From positions 12,815-76,814 of the forward strand of contig CAVZGY010000010.1 of NCBI GenBank assembly GCA_963774975.1: a stretch of DNA of 64,000 nt. Direction: 5' to 3'. This document shows positions 1 through 8,936 of this stretch, in pieces. Numbering within the stretch: position 1 is the first letter of the stretch; each line of letters opens with the position of its first letter. The stretch is from an uncultured Chloroflexia bacterium. GTDB lineage: Bacteria; Chloroflexota; Anaerolineae; Anaerolineales; Villigracilaceae. Below the pieces are notes generated by a model. It had not been told where the DNA came from and searched no databases. It worked only from the letters and a program-made list of their open reading frames with translations. Both the position numbers and the translations under genes were made by a program.

Positions 1-599
1 ACCAGCCTGTCGTGATCGTTTATGAGCGCGCTGGGGAACAGTACACAACCACGGTCACCCCCTCCAGCGAGCGAACAGTGGAAGAGGGAGCCACAGGTGT
101 GTTGCTGGGCAACCCCGTCCAGAAGGCAACCTTGTTGACCGCGCTGCCGCTTGGTATTCGCGTGACAGGCATGTACATCTACGAGATCGCGACTCTGCCC
201 GCGCGGCTCATTCAAGGGACCATCCCGGCGGAACAGGCGCGTTTCATCGGTTTGAAAGGGATGTATGATTTCATGTCTCAGGCAGTGACCCGCGACCAGG
301 AGACCCGCCAGACCCTGGCGGCGCAGCCCGCCGGCGCGGCCACCGAGACACCCACCTACTACACGCTGGCGCTGATCGCCACCCTGAATATCTCATTGGG
401 CATCTTCAACCTGCTGCCCCTGCCGGCGCTGGATGGCGGGCGCATTATCTTCCTGCTGCCCGAGCTCATCTTCCGTAAGCGTGTGCCTCACAAGGTTGAG
501 AACACCGTCCACGCGGTGGGCATCATGCTCCTGCTGGCTTTGATGCTGTACATCAACGTGATGGATTTTATCAATCCCGTTGCCATCACTCTGCCTTAA
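1..599 (+). CDS. rseP: RIP/site-2 zinc metalloprotease RseP (M50 family), C-terminal part; 5' end lies outside the window
   Basis: The frame is open to the window start. C-terminal motif NISLGIFNLLPLPALDGGRI plus terminal TM helices are typical of M50 RseP. Confidence 0.85.
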   Translation, partial: QPVVIVYERAGEQYTTTVTPSSERTVEEGATGVLLGNPVQKATLLTALPLGIRVTGMYIYEIATLPARLIQGTIPAEQARFIGLKGMYDFMSQAVTRDQETRQTLAAQPAGAATETPTYYTLALIATLNISLGIFNLLPLPALDGGRIIFLLPELIFRKRVPHKVENTVHAVGIMLLLALMLYINVMDFINPVAITLP

Positions 600-605
600 A
601 CACAC

Positions 606-636
606 AAGGGCGGACGAGTGTCCGCCCTTTGATTTT
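606..636 (+). terminator. intrinsic terminator after rseP
   Basis: Hairpin AAGGGCGGAC-gagt-GTCCGCCCTT followed by TGATTTT. Confidence 0.8.
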
Positions 637-653
637 CCTGAAGCGAGTCAGCC

Positions 654-1616
654 ATGTCCAAAGTTCCCTTTTCGCGCGTCGTGGATGCGCTGCTGGATAC
701 CAGCACCGCCTTCCCTCACCGCTTCCTAAAAAATTTCTCTGACCTTGAACCCGGCGATATTAAAACGCTCCAGGCCGCCTGGCCGCAGGTGTCCGCTTCG
801 CGCAAGCACCAGCTCATGAAGGACCTCGAAAAACTCAGCGCGGACGATACCCTGGTCTCGCTGGAAGCCTTTGCCCGCGCCATGCTGGACGACCCGGATG
901 CCCAGGTGCGGCTGTTCGCCATCCGCATGTTGTGGGAGAGCGATGACGCCCGAATGGCCGGTACACTCATCCGCATCATGATGGAGGATTCTTCGGAGGA
1001 AGTGCGCGGCGAGGCTGCGTCCGTGCTCGGCCGGTACGTGTACCTGGGCGAGCTGGAGGAAGTTCCCACCCCGCTTCTCAAAGAGGTGGAGGAAGCGCTG
1101 CTCGCGACCGCACAACAGGAGGAGCATCGACTGTCAAAACGGATGGCCGTGGAGGCGCTGGGATACTCCTCCCGCCCCGAAGTGCCAGCCCTTATCCGCA
1201 ACGCCTTCAGCCAGCACGACCCGCAGTGGGTGGCCAGCGCGCTCTTCGCGATGGGGCGCTCCGCCGACCCGGACCTTTGGCAGGATGACGTCCTGTATTC
1301 GCTCGACCACGACAACCTCGAGATTCGCCTGGCTGCCGTTGAGGCCGCGGGCGAGTTGGCCCTGGAGTCCGCCCGCCCGGCCTTATTGGAGGCGCTCGAT
1401 ACCGAGGACAACGAGGAGATCTCCCGCGCGATCATCTGGTCGCTCTCGCAGATCGGCGGCGAGGATGTGCAAATCGTCCTTTACAACCTGGCAGACGCCA
1501 CGGAGGATGACGACCTGGCAGAATTTATCGAAGAAGCGCTCGAAAACCTGACCTTCACCGATGACCTTTCGCGCTATGACCTGCTCGCCGTCGACCCGGA
1601 TGAGCCCGAAAAATAA
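654..1616 (+). CDS. HEAT-repeat protein
   Basis: 320 aa, acidic. Repeated helical units such as EEVRGEAASVLG and LEIRLAAVEAAGEL resemble HEAT/PBS-lyase repeats. Confidence 0.7.
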   Translation: MSKVPFSRVVDALLDTSTAFPHRFLKNFSDLEPGDIKTLQAAWPQVSASRKHQLMKDLEKLSADDTLVSLEAFARAMLDDPDAQVRLFAIRMLWESDDARMAGTLIRIMMEDSSEEVRGEAASVLGRYVYLGELEEVPTPLLKEVEEALLATAQQEEHRLSKRMAVEALGYSSRPEVPALIRNAFSQHDPQWVASALFAMGRSADPDLWQDDVLYSLDHDNLEIRLAAVEAAGELALESARPALLEALDTEDNEEISRAIIWSLSQIGGEDVQIVLYNLADATEDDDLAEFIEEALENLTFTDDLSRYDLLAVDPDEPEK

Positions 1617-1655
1617 ACCGCAACTCTCCAAAACACCCGAACAACACAGCCGCCA

Positions 1656-2570
1656 ATGACCCTCTCCGAACTCTTAACAACGTTTGCCGAAAACATCCTG
1701 CCGATTTTCCTCATCAGCGGCTCTGCCTACCTGGTCGGGAAATATTTGGCGCTCGATTCACGAACGGTTGGCCGCCTGGTCTTTTATTTCTTCGGGCCGG
1801 TGTTGATATTCAATCTCATCACAAAGAGCCAGCTTCCCTTCGATGAAATGCTGAAAACCGCCGGGTTCGCCGCAGCCGTCATGCTCGCCTGCGGTCTGAT
1901 CGCCTTTTTAGCCGGCCTTGCCCTTCGCCTGGAACGGCGGGCGTTGATGGCGGTCATCCTGGTCAGCATGTTTGCCAACAACGGCAATTTCGGGCTGCCG
2001 CTCGTCTCCTTTGCCTTTGGACCCTCCGCATTGGCGCACTCGAGTATCTACTTCATCACTTCTGCAATCATGATCAACAGTATTGGTGTTTTGATCGCCT
2101 CTCTCGGCCATACTGACATCAAGCGTGCCCTGCTCGGTCTTATAAAAGTACCGTTGATTTACGCCTTGATCCTCGCGTTGATCGTCATCCGCTTCGAATT
2201 GATATTGCCCGTTCCAATTGAGAGGTCCGTTACACTGGTGGCTGGCGCCACGGTTCCGATGATGCTGGTGCTGCTCGGGCTGGAACTGCAAAAGGCGCAA
2301 TGGACTCGCAATCTGCGCGGATTGACGCTGGGCACGTCCGTACGTCTTCTGGCGGGACCCGTTGTCGCGCTTTTCCTGACCTCATTGATGGGAATCACGG
2401 GCGCCGCCAAACAGGGCAGCGTGCTGGAGGCGTCCATGCCCAGCGCGGTGATGACCACCGTACTAGCCGCCGAATACAATCTCGATTCGTCGCTGGTCAC
2501 CGGGACGATTCTCGTCACCACGCTGCTCAGCCCTCTGACCTTGACCCCGTTGATACTTTTCTTGAAATAG
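1656..2570 (+). CDS. AEC (auxin efflux carrier) family permease
   Basis: 304 aa with about 10 predicted TM helices in two halves. The overall pattern matches AEC transporters. Confidence 0.7.
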   Translation: MTLSELLTTFAENILPIFLISGSAYLVGKYLALDSRTVGRLVFYFFGPVLIFNLITKSQLPFDEMLKTAGFAAAVMLACGLIAFLAGLALRLERRALMAVILVSMFANNGNFGLPLVSFAFGPSALAHSSIYFITSAIMINSIGVLIASLGHTDIKRALLGLIKVPLIYALILALIVIRFELILPVPIERSVTLVAGATVPMMLVLLGLELQKAQWTRNLRGLTLGTSVRLLAGPVVALFLTSLMGITGAAKQGSVLEASMPSAVMTTVLAAEYNLDSSLVTGTILVTTLLSPLTLTPLILFLK

Positions 2571-2578
2571 GAAATCTT

Positions 2579-2872
2579 ATGAGCGAAACAGCGCTTTCCC
2601 GTGTCCATATTTGGGTGCGCGGACGGGTGCAGGGGGTCGGCTTCCGCGCCTTCGTCCAGCAATCGGCCATGGTGATGGGTTTGAAAGGCTGGGTGCGCAA
2701 CGTCGGCTGGGATCAGGTGGAGACCATCGCCGAGGGGGATAAATCCGTGCTGGAGCAATTCGTCGGAGCGGTGCGAACCGGTCCGCGCGCCTCGCAAGTG
2801 GAGGATGCCCGGGTCGAGTGGGAACCCGCCTCGGGTGAGTTCGAGTCGTTCCAGGTGAGATCAAGCCGATAG
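2579..2872 (+). CDS. acyP: acylphosphatase
   Basis: 97 aa with motifs VRGRVQGVGFR and GWVRN. The ATG at 2579 lies inside the longer track ORF 2300..2872, whose upstream part overlaps the AEC gene. Confidence 0.9.
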   Translation: MSETALSRVHIWVRGRVQGVGFRAFVQQSAMVMGLKGWVRNVGWDQVETIAEGDKSVLEQFVGAVRTGPRASQVEDARVEWEPASGEFESFQVRSSR

Positions 2873-2873
2873 G

Positions 2874-3586
2874 CTAAGCGAATCCCAATTCCCGTTCCTT
2901 CAACGAAACCCAGCGATTCGGCCCATCTCCAATCACGATATGATCGAGCACATCCACATCCAGCAGTTTGCCAACCTGGACGATGGCTCGCGTCACCGCG
3001 ATGTCATCCAGCGAAGGAGTTGGGTCGCCGCTGGGGTAGTTGTGGACGACGATCAGGCAGAGAGCATTGCGCCGGACAGCCGCTTTGAAAATCTCCCCCA
3101 CCTTGATCTGGGCCGTGTTCACCGAGCCGTGGTACACGCTGTCGATGGCGAGCACGTGGTTGCGTGTGTCGAGCAGGATGACGCGCAAGTGCTCCTGCTC
3201 CAACGCGGACATCTCGTACTGCACCAGCGCCGCCGCGTCCGCCGGGCTGTTGACCGTGGCGCGTTCTCCGGCGCTTCGAGCTTCAACCGGTTTCCCAACT
3301 CGATGGCCGCCTTGAGCTGCACTGCCTTCGCCTCGCCGATTCCGTGCTGCTCACACAACTCATAAAATGGAGCGCGATGCAAGCCTGCGAGGCCTTTGAA
3401 CTTGAGCAGCAGCCGCTGCCCGACCTGGACTGCGTTCTCGCCGGGTACTCCGACCCTCAGCAGGATGGCCAACAGTTCGGCGTTGGATAACGCCTGAGGC
3501 CCCAGCGCAGCCATTCGTTCTCTCGGGCGTTCGCTGACGTGCAGGTCGGTGATGCGATAAACGGGACGGGAACCGGTTTTAGTCAT
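2874..3586 (-). pseudogene. radC: RadC-like JAB-domain protein, reading frame broken once (about 3255-3275)
   Basis: The N-terminal HhH part (LSNAELLAILLRVG, 3119..3586) and the JAB part (HNYPSGDPTPSLDD, 2874..3224) are in different frames. The C-frame reads ..ERATVNSPADAAALVQYEM.. upstream of its first Met. Confidence 0.8.
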
Positions 3587-3644
3587 GATTTTCTCCCTCG
3601 AACCAATTATCTCTATTTTTCAGCGGAATCCCCGGCAGCCATTC

Positions 3645-3673
3645 TTGACATCCACTCCTGCATCAGTTAGAAT
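3645..3673 (+). promoter_or_regulatory. sigma70-type promoter for the tRNA-Ala pair
   Basis: TTGACA (3645-3650), 17-nt spacer, TAGAAT (3668-3673); it ends 18 nt upstream of the first tRNA. Confidence 0.65.
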
Positions 3674-3691
3674 ACCGTTCGCCCTGTAATC

Positions 3692-3764
3692 GGGCCTGTA
3701 GCGCAGTTGGGAGCGCGCCTCAATCGCACTGAGGAGGTCAGGGGTTCGAATCCCCTCAGGTCCA
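3692..3764 (+). tRNA. tRNA-Ala (anticodon CGC)
   Basis: Hand-folded 73-nt cloverleaf. Acceptor GGGCCTG/CAGGTCC has the G3:U70 Ala identity pair, the anticodon loop is AT-CGC-AC and the T-loop is TTCGAAT. No CCA is encoded. Confidence 0.9.
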
Positions 3765-3846
3765 CTGGGTTCAGTGATTGCGGATTTCAGATTGCCGGGC
3801 AAGTCAGAATCTACAATGCCGCTCACTGAAAATTGAACACCGACAT

Positions 3847-3919
3847 GGGCCCATAGCGCAGTTGGGAGCGCGTCTCAATGGCATTGAGAAGGTCGCGAGT
3901 TCGAATCTCGCTGGGTCCA
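3847..3919 (+). tRNA. tRNA-Ala (anticodon GGC)
   Basis: Hand-folded 73-nt cloverleaf. Acceptor GGGCCCA/TGGGTCC has G3:U70, the anticodon loop is AT-GGC-AT and the T-loop is TTCGAAT. Confidence 0.9.
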
Positions 3920-3973
3920 CCTGGAATAAGCATTGGCGGTTGGTTTTGGCATTTGCCGGGGCCAATCGCTCGG

Positions 3974-3982
3974 TGTTATAAT
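3974..3982 (+). promoter_or_regulatory. extended -10 promoter (TGtTATAAT) for the leuS leader
   Basis: TG at 3974-3975 and TATAAT at 3977-3982, just upstream of the T-box leader. Confidence 0.5.
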
Positions 3983-3989
3983 AGGCAAA

Positions 3990-4267
3990 ATTAAAAGCCA
4001 CGGCAGGAGTAGTAGGTCGTCCCGCCAGCGAGATGGGAGAGCAAGGTGGAAGCCCGTCACGGCGCACACGGGAGCGCCAGGAGACCGAACTCGCCTGTCA
4101 CCCAAATGAGGGAGGCTGCGCTGGTGAACGCGGAAAAAACACCGCAGGTAGTCAGCGCCGGGATAGCCCGTTACAGCAAGCTTGAGTGACGTTCATAATT
4201 TTGGACGTAACCAGGGTGGTACCGCGGAGAACCCCTTCGTCCCTGTTTGGATGAAGGGATTTTTGTT
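3990..4267 (+). promoter_or_regulatory. T-box riboswitch leader, Leu specifier (CUC)
   Basis: Stem I base GGCAGG (4002-4007) pairs with CCTGTC (4094-4099). The specifier loop has AGTAGTA (4008-4014) opposite GAA-CUC-G, with CUC at 4090-4092. The T-box motif AACCAGGGTGGTACCGCG is at 4209-4226, followed by a terminator hairpin and T-run. The downstream gene is leuS. Confidence 0.8.
4233..4267 (+). terminator. T-box attenuator terminator
   Basis: CCCTTCGTCC-ctgttt-GGATGAAGGG followed by ATTTTTGTT. Confidence 0.8.
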
Positions 4268-4283
4268 AACTAAAGAGGACAGA

Positions 4284-7107
4284 ATGGCCACAAAAACATC
4301 TGCAAAGAAGAAACCCACGACCGGGAAACCCGCATCCAAAAAGCCGGTTGCTAAGAAGAAAACCGCGCCTGTTGCGAAAAAGCCGGTTGTGAAGAAACCA
4401 GCTGTACAGAAAAAAGTGGCAGTTAAAAAGGCTGCTCCGGCAAAGGCTGTCAAACCTGCTGCGAAAAAACCAGTCTCCAAGATGGTGAACACAAAGGTGG
4501 CAGCAAAAAAGCCCCCGCTGTGCCGGTTAAAACCACGAGCAAGAAGGCAGTCCCTGCCAAGCCTGCAGTGGCGACAAAGCCCAAGGCCCAAAAACCGGCG
4601 GTGACCCAGGCAGCCGCAAAGGCCGCGAAGCCTGTCACCGATATTTCTTACAATCCCAGAGCCTATGAAAAGAAGTGGCAGGAGAAATGGGAAGCGGATG
4701 GGCTGTATCGCTCCGTGATCGATGAATCCAAGCCCAAGCACTACGCATTGACTATGCTGCCGTACCCTAGCGGCGACCTGCACATAGGTCACTGGTACGC
4801 GATGATACCGCCCGATTCACGGGCACGCTACATGCGCATGAAGGGAAACAATGTCCTGTTCCCTATGGGATTCGACGCCTTCGGTCTAAACGCCGAAAAT
4901 GCCGCCATTAAGGACGGTATTCACCCGATGAAGCGGACGTTCGCGAACATCGAACGGATGCGCAAGCAGATGAGATCCATGGGTACGATGTTCGACTGGC
5001 AGCGCGAGGCGGTCTCAGCTGATCCTTCCTATTACAAATGGACAGAGTGGTTCTTCATCCAGTTGTACAAGGCTGGGCTGGCATATCGCAAAATGTCACC
5101 CGTGGATTTCTGTCCGAACTGCAACACGACGCTGGCGCGCGAGCAGGTTTGGGGCGAAAACCGCGTCTGCGAACGATGCGGCACGCCCGTCATTAAAAAG
5201 AACCTGGACCAGTGGTTCTTCAAAGCCACGAAGTATGCCGATGAACTGTTGCGATTCGATGAAATAGACTGGCCTGAACGCGTCAAAATATTGCAGACGA
5301 ATTGGATCGGACGAAGCGAAGGCGCGTCTGTCATTTTTAGAACGGAAGCCGGCGATCCCATCGAGGTCTTCACCACCCGCCCGGACACACTTTGGGGTGC
5401 GACCTTCATGGTCCTGGCGCCCGAGCATCCCCTGGTGGACAAGCTCACCGCCGACACCCAGAGACTGGAAGTGGAGGCTTACAAGTTCGCTGCCTCCCGC
5501 CAGAGTGACATCGACCGGGAAGCCGCCGACAAGGAAAAGACCGGCGTGTGGACCGGCGGGCATGCCATCAATCCGGTCAACAATTCCCGCATCCCGATCT
5601 GGATCGCGGACTACGTGTTGATGAGCTATGGCACGGGCGCGATCATGGCTGTTCCCGCGCATGACGAGCGCGACTTCGCCTTTGCCCGCAAGTATCACCT
5701 GCTGATCATGCCGGTCATCCAGCCCGAGGAGCATCCCCGGCTGGACGGTGCCACCATGGATGCGGCGTATGTCGGCGGCGGGCACATGGTCAACTCTGGC
5801 CAGTTTAACGGGACCATCGTCAACGAGGAGAAGGGGCGCAAGAATCCCGGCATTTCCGCGGTCATCGACTGGCTGGAAAAGCAGGGCATCGGCAGGGAAA
5901 CCATCAACTATCGCTACCGCGACTGGTTGATCAGCCGCCAACGTTATTGGGGTTCGCCCATCCCGATGATCCACTGCGAGAAACACGGCTGGAATCCGGT
6001 GCCCGACAAGGACCTGCCCGTGCTGCTGCCCGATGATGTCGAGTGGAAGCCGACCGGCGAAAGCCCGCTCAAGCTGCACCCTACCTGGAAGAACACCTCC
6101 TGCCCGGTCTGCGGCGGGCCAGCCGAGCGCGAAACTGACACCATGGACACATTCATGTGCTCCTCCTGGTATCACCTGCGTTATCTGTCGCCGAAGTACG
6201 ACAAGGGTCCGTTCGACCAAGCCGAATACAACTATTGGATGCCCGTGGACACCTACACCGGCGGTATCGAACATGCCACCATGCACCTGCTGTACACTCG
6301 CTTTTTTCACAAAGCCTTGCGCGACCTGGGCATTACCAAAGGCAACGAACCGATGCTGCAGCTGCGTAACCAGGGCATGGTGCTGGCAGAGGATCATGCC
6401 AAGATGTCCAAGAGCCGCGGTAACGTGGTCGCACCCGATATGCTGGTCGAAAAGTACGGCGCGGACACCGTACGTGCCTACCTGATGTTCTTTGCGCGCT
6501 GGGAGATGGGCGCGCCGTGGGACTCGACAGGGCATCGAAGGGACTGCCCGCTGGATGCGCCGAGTCTGGATGTTATTTACAGACGCTTTGGACTCACCCG
6601 AGTCTGGTTCCGACGAAACCAAACAGACTCTGCGCCGCAAGGTGCACCAGACCCTGAAGCGGGTGACGCGCGATTTCGAGCAGTTCCAGTTCAACACCAT
6701 CATCTCGTCCCTGATGGAATTACTCAACGACCTGTACAAGGCGCGCGAAGCTGGTGCCGCCGGCTCAACTGAATGGAAAGAAGCCCTGGAGATTTACCTG
6801 AAGATGCTGGCGCCGGTCGCGCCGCATATCAGCGAGGAACTGTGGATGCGTCTGGGCAAGCCCTACTCCATCCACACCCAGAATTGGCCGGCCGTGGACG
6901 AAGCTGCCGCCCACGAGGATGAAATCACTCTGGTGGTGCAGGTTAACGGCAAACTGCGAGACCGGGTCACCGTGCCGGCGGATGTCTCCGATGAGAGCTG
7001 CCAAATCCGCTGCGCTGGCAAGCGAGACAGTGAAGAAACACCTCGAGGGTAAATCGCCCAAACAGGTGGTGTATGTCAAAGGACGGCTGGTGAATATTGT
7101 GGTGTAA
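4284..7107 (+). CDS. leuS: leucine--tRNA ligase with a Lys/Ala/Pro-rich N-terminal extension; three apparent frame breaks as assembled (about 4505-4516, 6530-6532, 6990-7000)
   Basis: ATG at 4284 follows RBS AAGAGGA. Class I motifs are HIGH (DLHIGH) and KMSKS. The track fragments 4182..4604, 4520..6772, 6492..7052 and 6919..7107 join collinearly into one LeuRS ending ..KGRLVNIVV. Confidence 0.9.
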
Positions 7108-7148
7108 GATTGCGAACATCAGCCAGCCTGTCTTCTTTGGAGGAGTCC

Positions 7149-7454
7149 ATGCCCATCCTGCAAGACCCCGAAGAAAATGAAATCCGTGCGTTGCTGAAGC
7201 ATACCGGCAGCCTCGAGGGCAAAACCGTGCTGGAGGTCGGCAGCGGCGATGGGCGGCTAACCTGGCGCTATGCCGGCGACGCCGCGTTTGTCACGGGTCT
7301 TGACCCTGACACAGAGAGATATCAACGCGCTCTCGCAGATTTTCCACCTCAGCTAAAAAGCAAAGTGGAGCTGCATAACATCGGGCTGGACGATTTCGCC
7401 GCCCAGACGCATACCGACCAATTCGACATCGCCATCCTTTCCTGGTCACTCTGA
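7149..7454 (+). CDS. class I SAM-dependent methyltransferase, N-terminal half (ends in tandem TGA TGA)
   Basis: Motif I VLEVGSGDGRL. ATG at 7149 follows GGAGGAG. It is in the same frame as the next ORF. Confidence 0.7.
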   Translation: MPILQDPEENEIRALLKHTGSLEGKTVLEVGSGDGRLTWRYAGDAAFVTGLDPDTERYQRALADFPPQLKSKVELHNIGLDDFAAQTHTDQFDIAILSWSL

Positions 7455-7457
7455 TGA

Positions 7458-7886
7458 ATGCCGCCTGAGCGCATGGTCCATGCGCTGGAGACGGTTCACA
7501 CACTCGTCAAGCCCGGCGGCCTGCTGATCGATATTCACCCGGGGCTGGATAAAGCCTGGGTGGAAGTGCGGGTAAACGGAAAGGATTATTTTCTCGATGT
7601 CGTCGAGGAAACGGATAAATACATAGAATATCAACAAGCCAGTGAGGCTTTGACAGAAATTGTGAAACTGGGACTCTTCAGCGTGGAGGAGCCCGGTAAA
7701 TTTATCTTTATCATCCATGCCGGTTCGATGGGCGAAATGCGTGAATTCCTCTCCGCCAACTGGAAGGATGCCATACTCAACGATTCCCTGGATGGCAAAG
7801 CCAGGGATTATTTCTCGAAAGCGGCAGATAGCTTTGAGATCCTGATTCGTCAAGAAATCCTGATCACCACATTCAAGCGCACATAA
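7458..7886 (+). CDS. class I SAM-dependent methyltransferase, C-terminal half (starts immediately after TGA TGA)
   Basis: It continues the Rossmann fold (LVKPGGLLI). The ATG directly follows the two in-frame stops. Confidence 0.65.
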   Translation: MPPERMVHALETVHTLVKPGGLLIDIHPGLDKAWVEVRVNGKDYFLDVVEETDKYIEYQQASEALTEIVKLGLFSVEEPGKFIFIIHAGSMGEMREFLSANWKDAILNDSLDGKARDYFSKAADSFEILIRQEILITTFKRT

Positions 7887-7942
7887 CACAATCAAAAAGA
7901 ATACGCCGGCCGGCGCATGCTTTTTGATTTAAAGCAGAAGAA

Positions 7943-8860
7943 TTAACCCCGCACAATATTTAACGCAGCAGGTAGAATCTCGACCGATAATTTCCGCAGG
8001 TTGGAACCAAAGCTTGTGAATATTTCCCCGTCTGCGTGGATGTAAAGCGGTTTATCGGAGGTCAGCGAAAGCCGGGTGAAATTTCCCATTCGGACGCAGT
8101 CGAACCGCCCATGCGTGCCGTTCATCACCTCGGGGATAAGCCTGAACATCATCGCCCGGGAAATCTTGCGCACTGTTGCGTAATGCAAGATTCCGTCATC
8201 GATGCTCGCATCCGGCGCGACGTGGAAACCGCCTCCCTCTCGCGGACCATTGCACAGGGTCAGCATCAGCGTGCTCTCATCCCAACTTTCCTTGTCAGTC
8301 TCGATATGCAAACCGGCGGGATCAAAATTAAGGAGTATCGTCTGGATCACCGCCGTGAGATACATCAGAAATCCTCGCAGGAGAGGCAGGCGGTGTGAGC
8401 GGATGGTCACCACCGCATCGAAACCGATGCCGAGCGTATTGTTGAAAAATTCCCTTCGACCCTGTTCATCCACCAGCATGCCCACGTCCACCCTTGAGGG
8501 TTCTCCGTGCAGGGCATATGCCAGGGCGCGATCTGCCTTGTCAGGAACCCCGACAGCATGTGCGAAATCGTTGCCTGAGCCGAGCGGCACCACCCCCAGG
8601 ATGGGACGTTTCTCCTCGGGGAATTGCATCAGCCCGTTGACCACCTCGTGGACCGTACCATCGCCTCCCAGGGCGATCACCATGTCGTATCCATCGAGGG
8701 CAGCCTGCCGCGCCAGTTCGGTGGCATGAGTCGGGTAGACCGTTCCGCTCCAATCCGCGTGGCCATATTCCGCTACGATCGGTCGCAGATCATCTGCCAC
8801 CCGCCAGGCATTGCCCATGTCAGCCATGGGATTCAGAATCAGCTTTGCTTTACGGGGCAT
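7943..8860 (-). CDS. diacylglycerol/lipid kinase family protein (YegS/BmrU-like)
   Basis: Motifs GGDGTVHEVVNG and GSGNDFA. The ATG at 8860 (MPRKAKLILNP) is preceded by GGAGGAG. Confidence 0.85.
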   Translation of the reverse strand: MPRKAKLILNPMADMGNAWRVADDLRPIVAEYGHADWSGTVYPTHATELARQAALDGYDMVIALGGDGTVHEVVNGLMQFPEEKRPILGVVPLGSGNDFAHAVGVPDKADRALAYALHGEPSRVDVGMLVDEQGRREFFNNTLGIGFDAVVTIRSHRLPLLRGFLMYLTAVIQTILLNFDPAGLHIETDKESWDESTLMLTLCNGPREGGGFHVAPDASIDDGILHYATVRKISRAMMFRLIPEVMNGTHGRFDCVRMGNFTRLSLTSDKPLYIHADGEIFTSFGSNLRKLSVEILPAALNIVRG

Positions 8861-8936
8861 GGTCTCCTCCAAAAAAATAAAAATCCCTGCAAGTATTTGC
8901 AAGGATTAAACACGCGGGCTATCTAAAAAGTTACCC

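Noticed and set aside
4182-4283. Upstream extension of the leuS-frame ORF (MSDVHNFGRNQGG...)
   Set aside because: It reads straight through the T-box motif and the attenuator terminator. The ATG at 4284 has a proper RBS just after the terminator.
5096-6739. Long antisense ORFs opposite strongly supported genes. This one is opposite leuS. Similar ones are 8955-10064, 21385-22527, 31227-32642, 36553-37944, 45733-46887, 58958-60178 and 60450-61466.
   Set aside because: Each lies fully inside a gene with clear family motifs on the other strand. Each has biased R/G/A/H-rich composition and no recognisable motifs. These are typical stop-poor shadow frames of GC-rich DNA.
7131-7152. 19-nt identical string CTTTGGAGGAGTCCATGCC at 7133-7151 and again at 14661-14679
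   Set aside because: Both copies are simply a strong Shine-Dalgarno sequence plus spacer plus ATG-CC start context of two unrelated genes. The flanks are unrelated, so this is not a mobile repeat. It may reflect selection for an optimal initiation region.
7452-7457. Tandem TGA TGA as evidence for a reassigned genetic code (TGA = Trp/Gly) or selenocysteine
   Set aside because: TGA clearly terminates other well-defined genes here (lipB at 14611-14613, E2 at 29292-29294, methyltransferase at 28675-28677, rsmI at 45222-45224). I saw no SECIS-like context, and two adjacent Sec residues are implausible.
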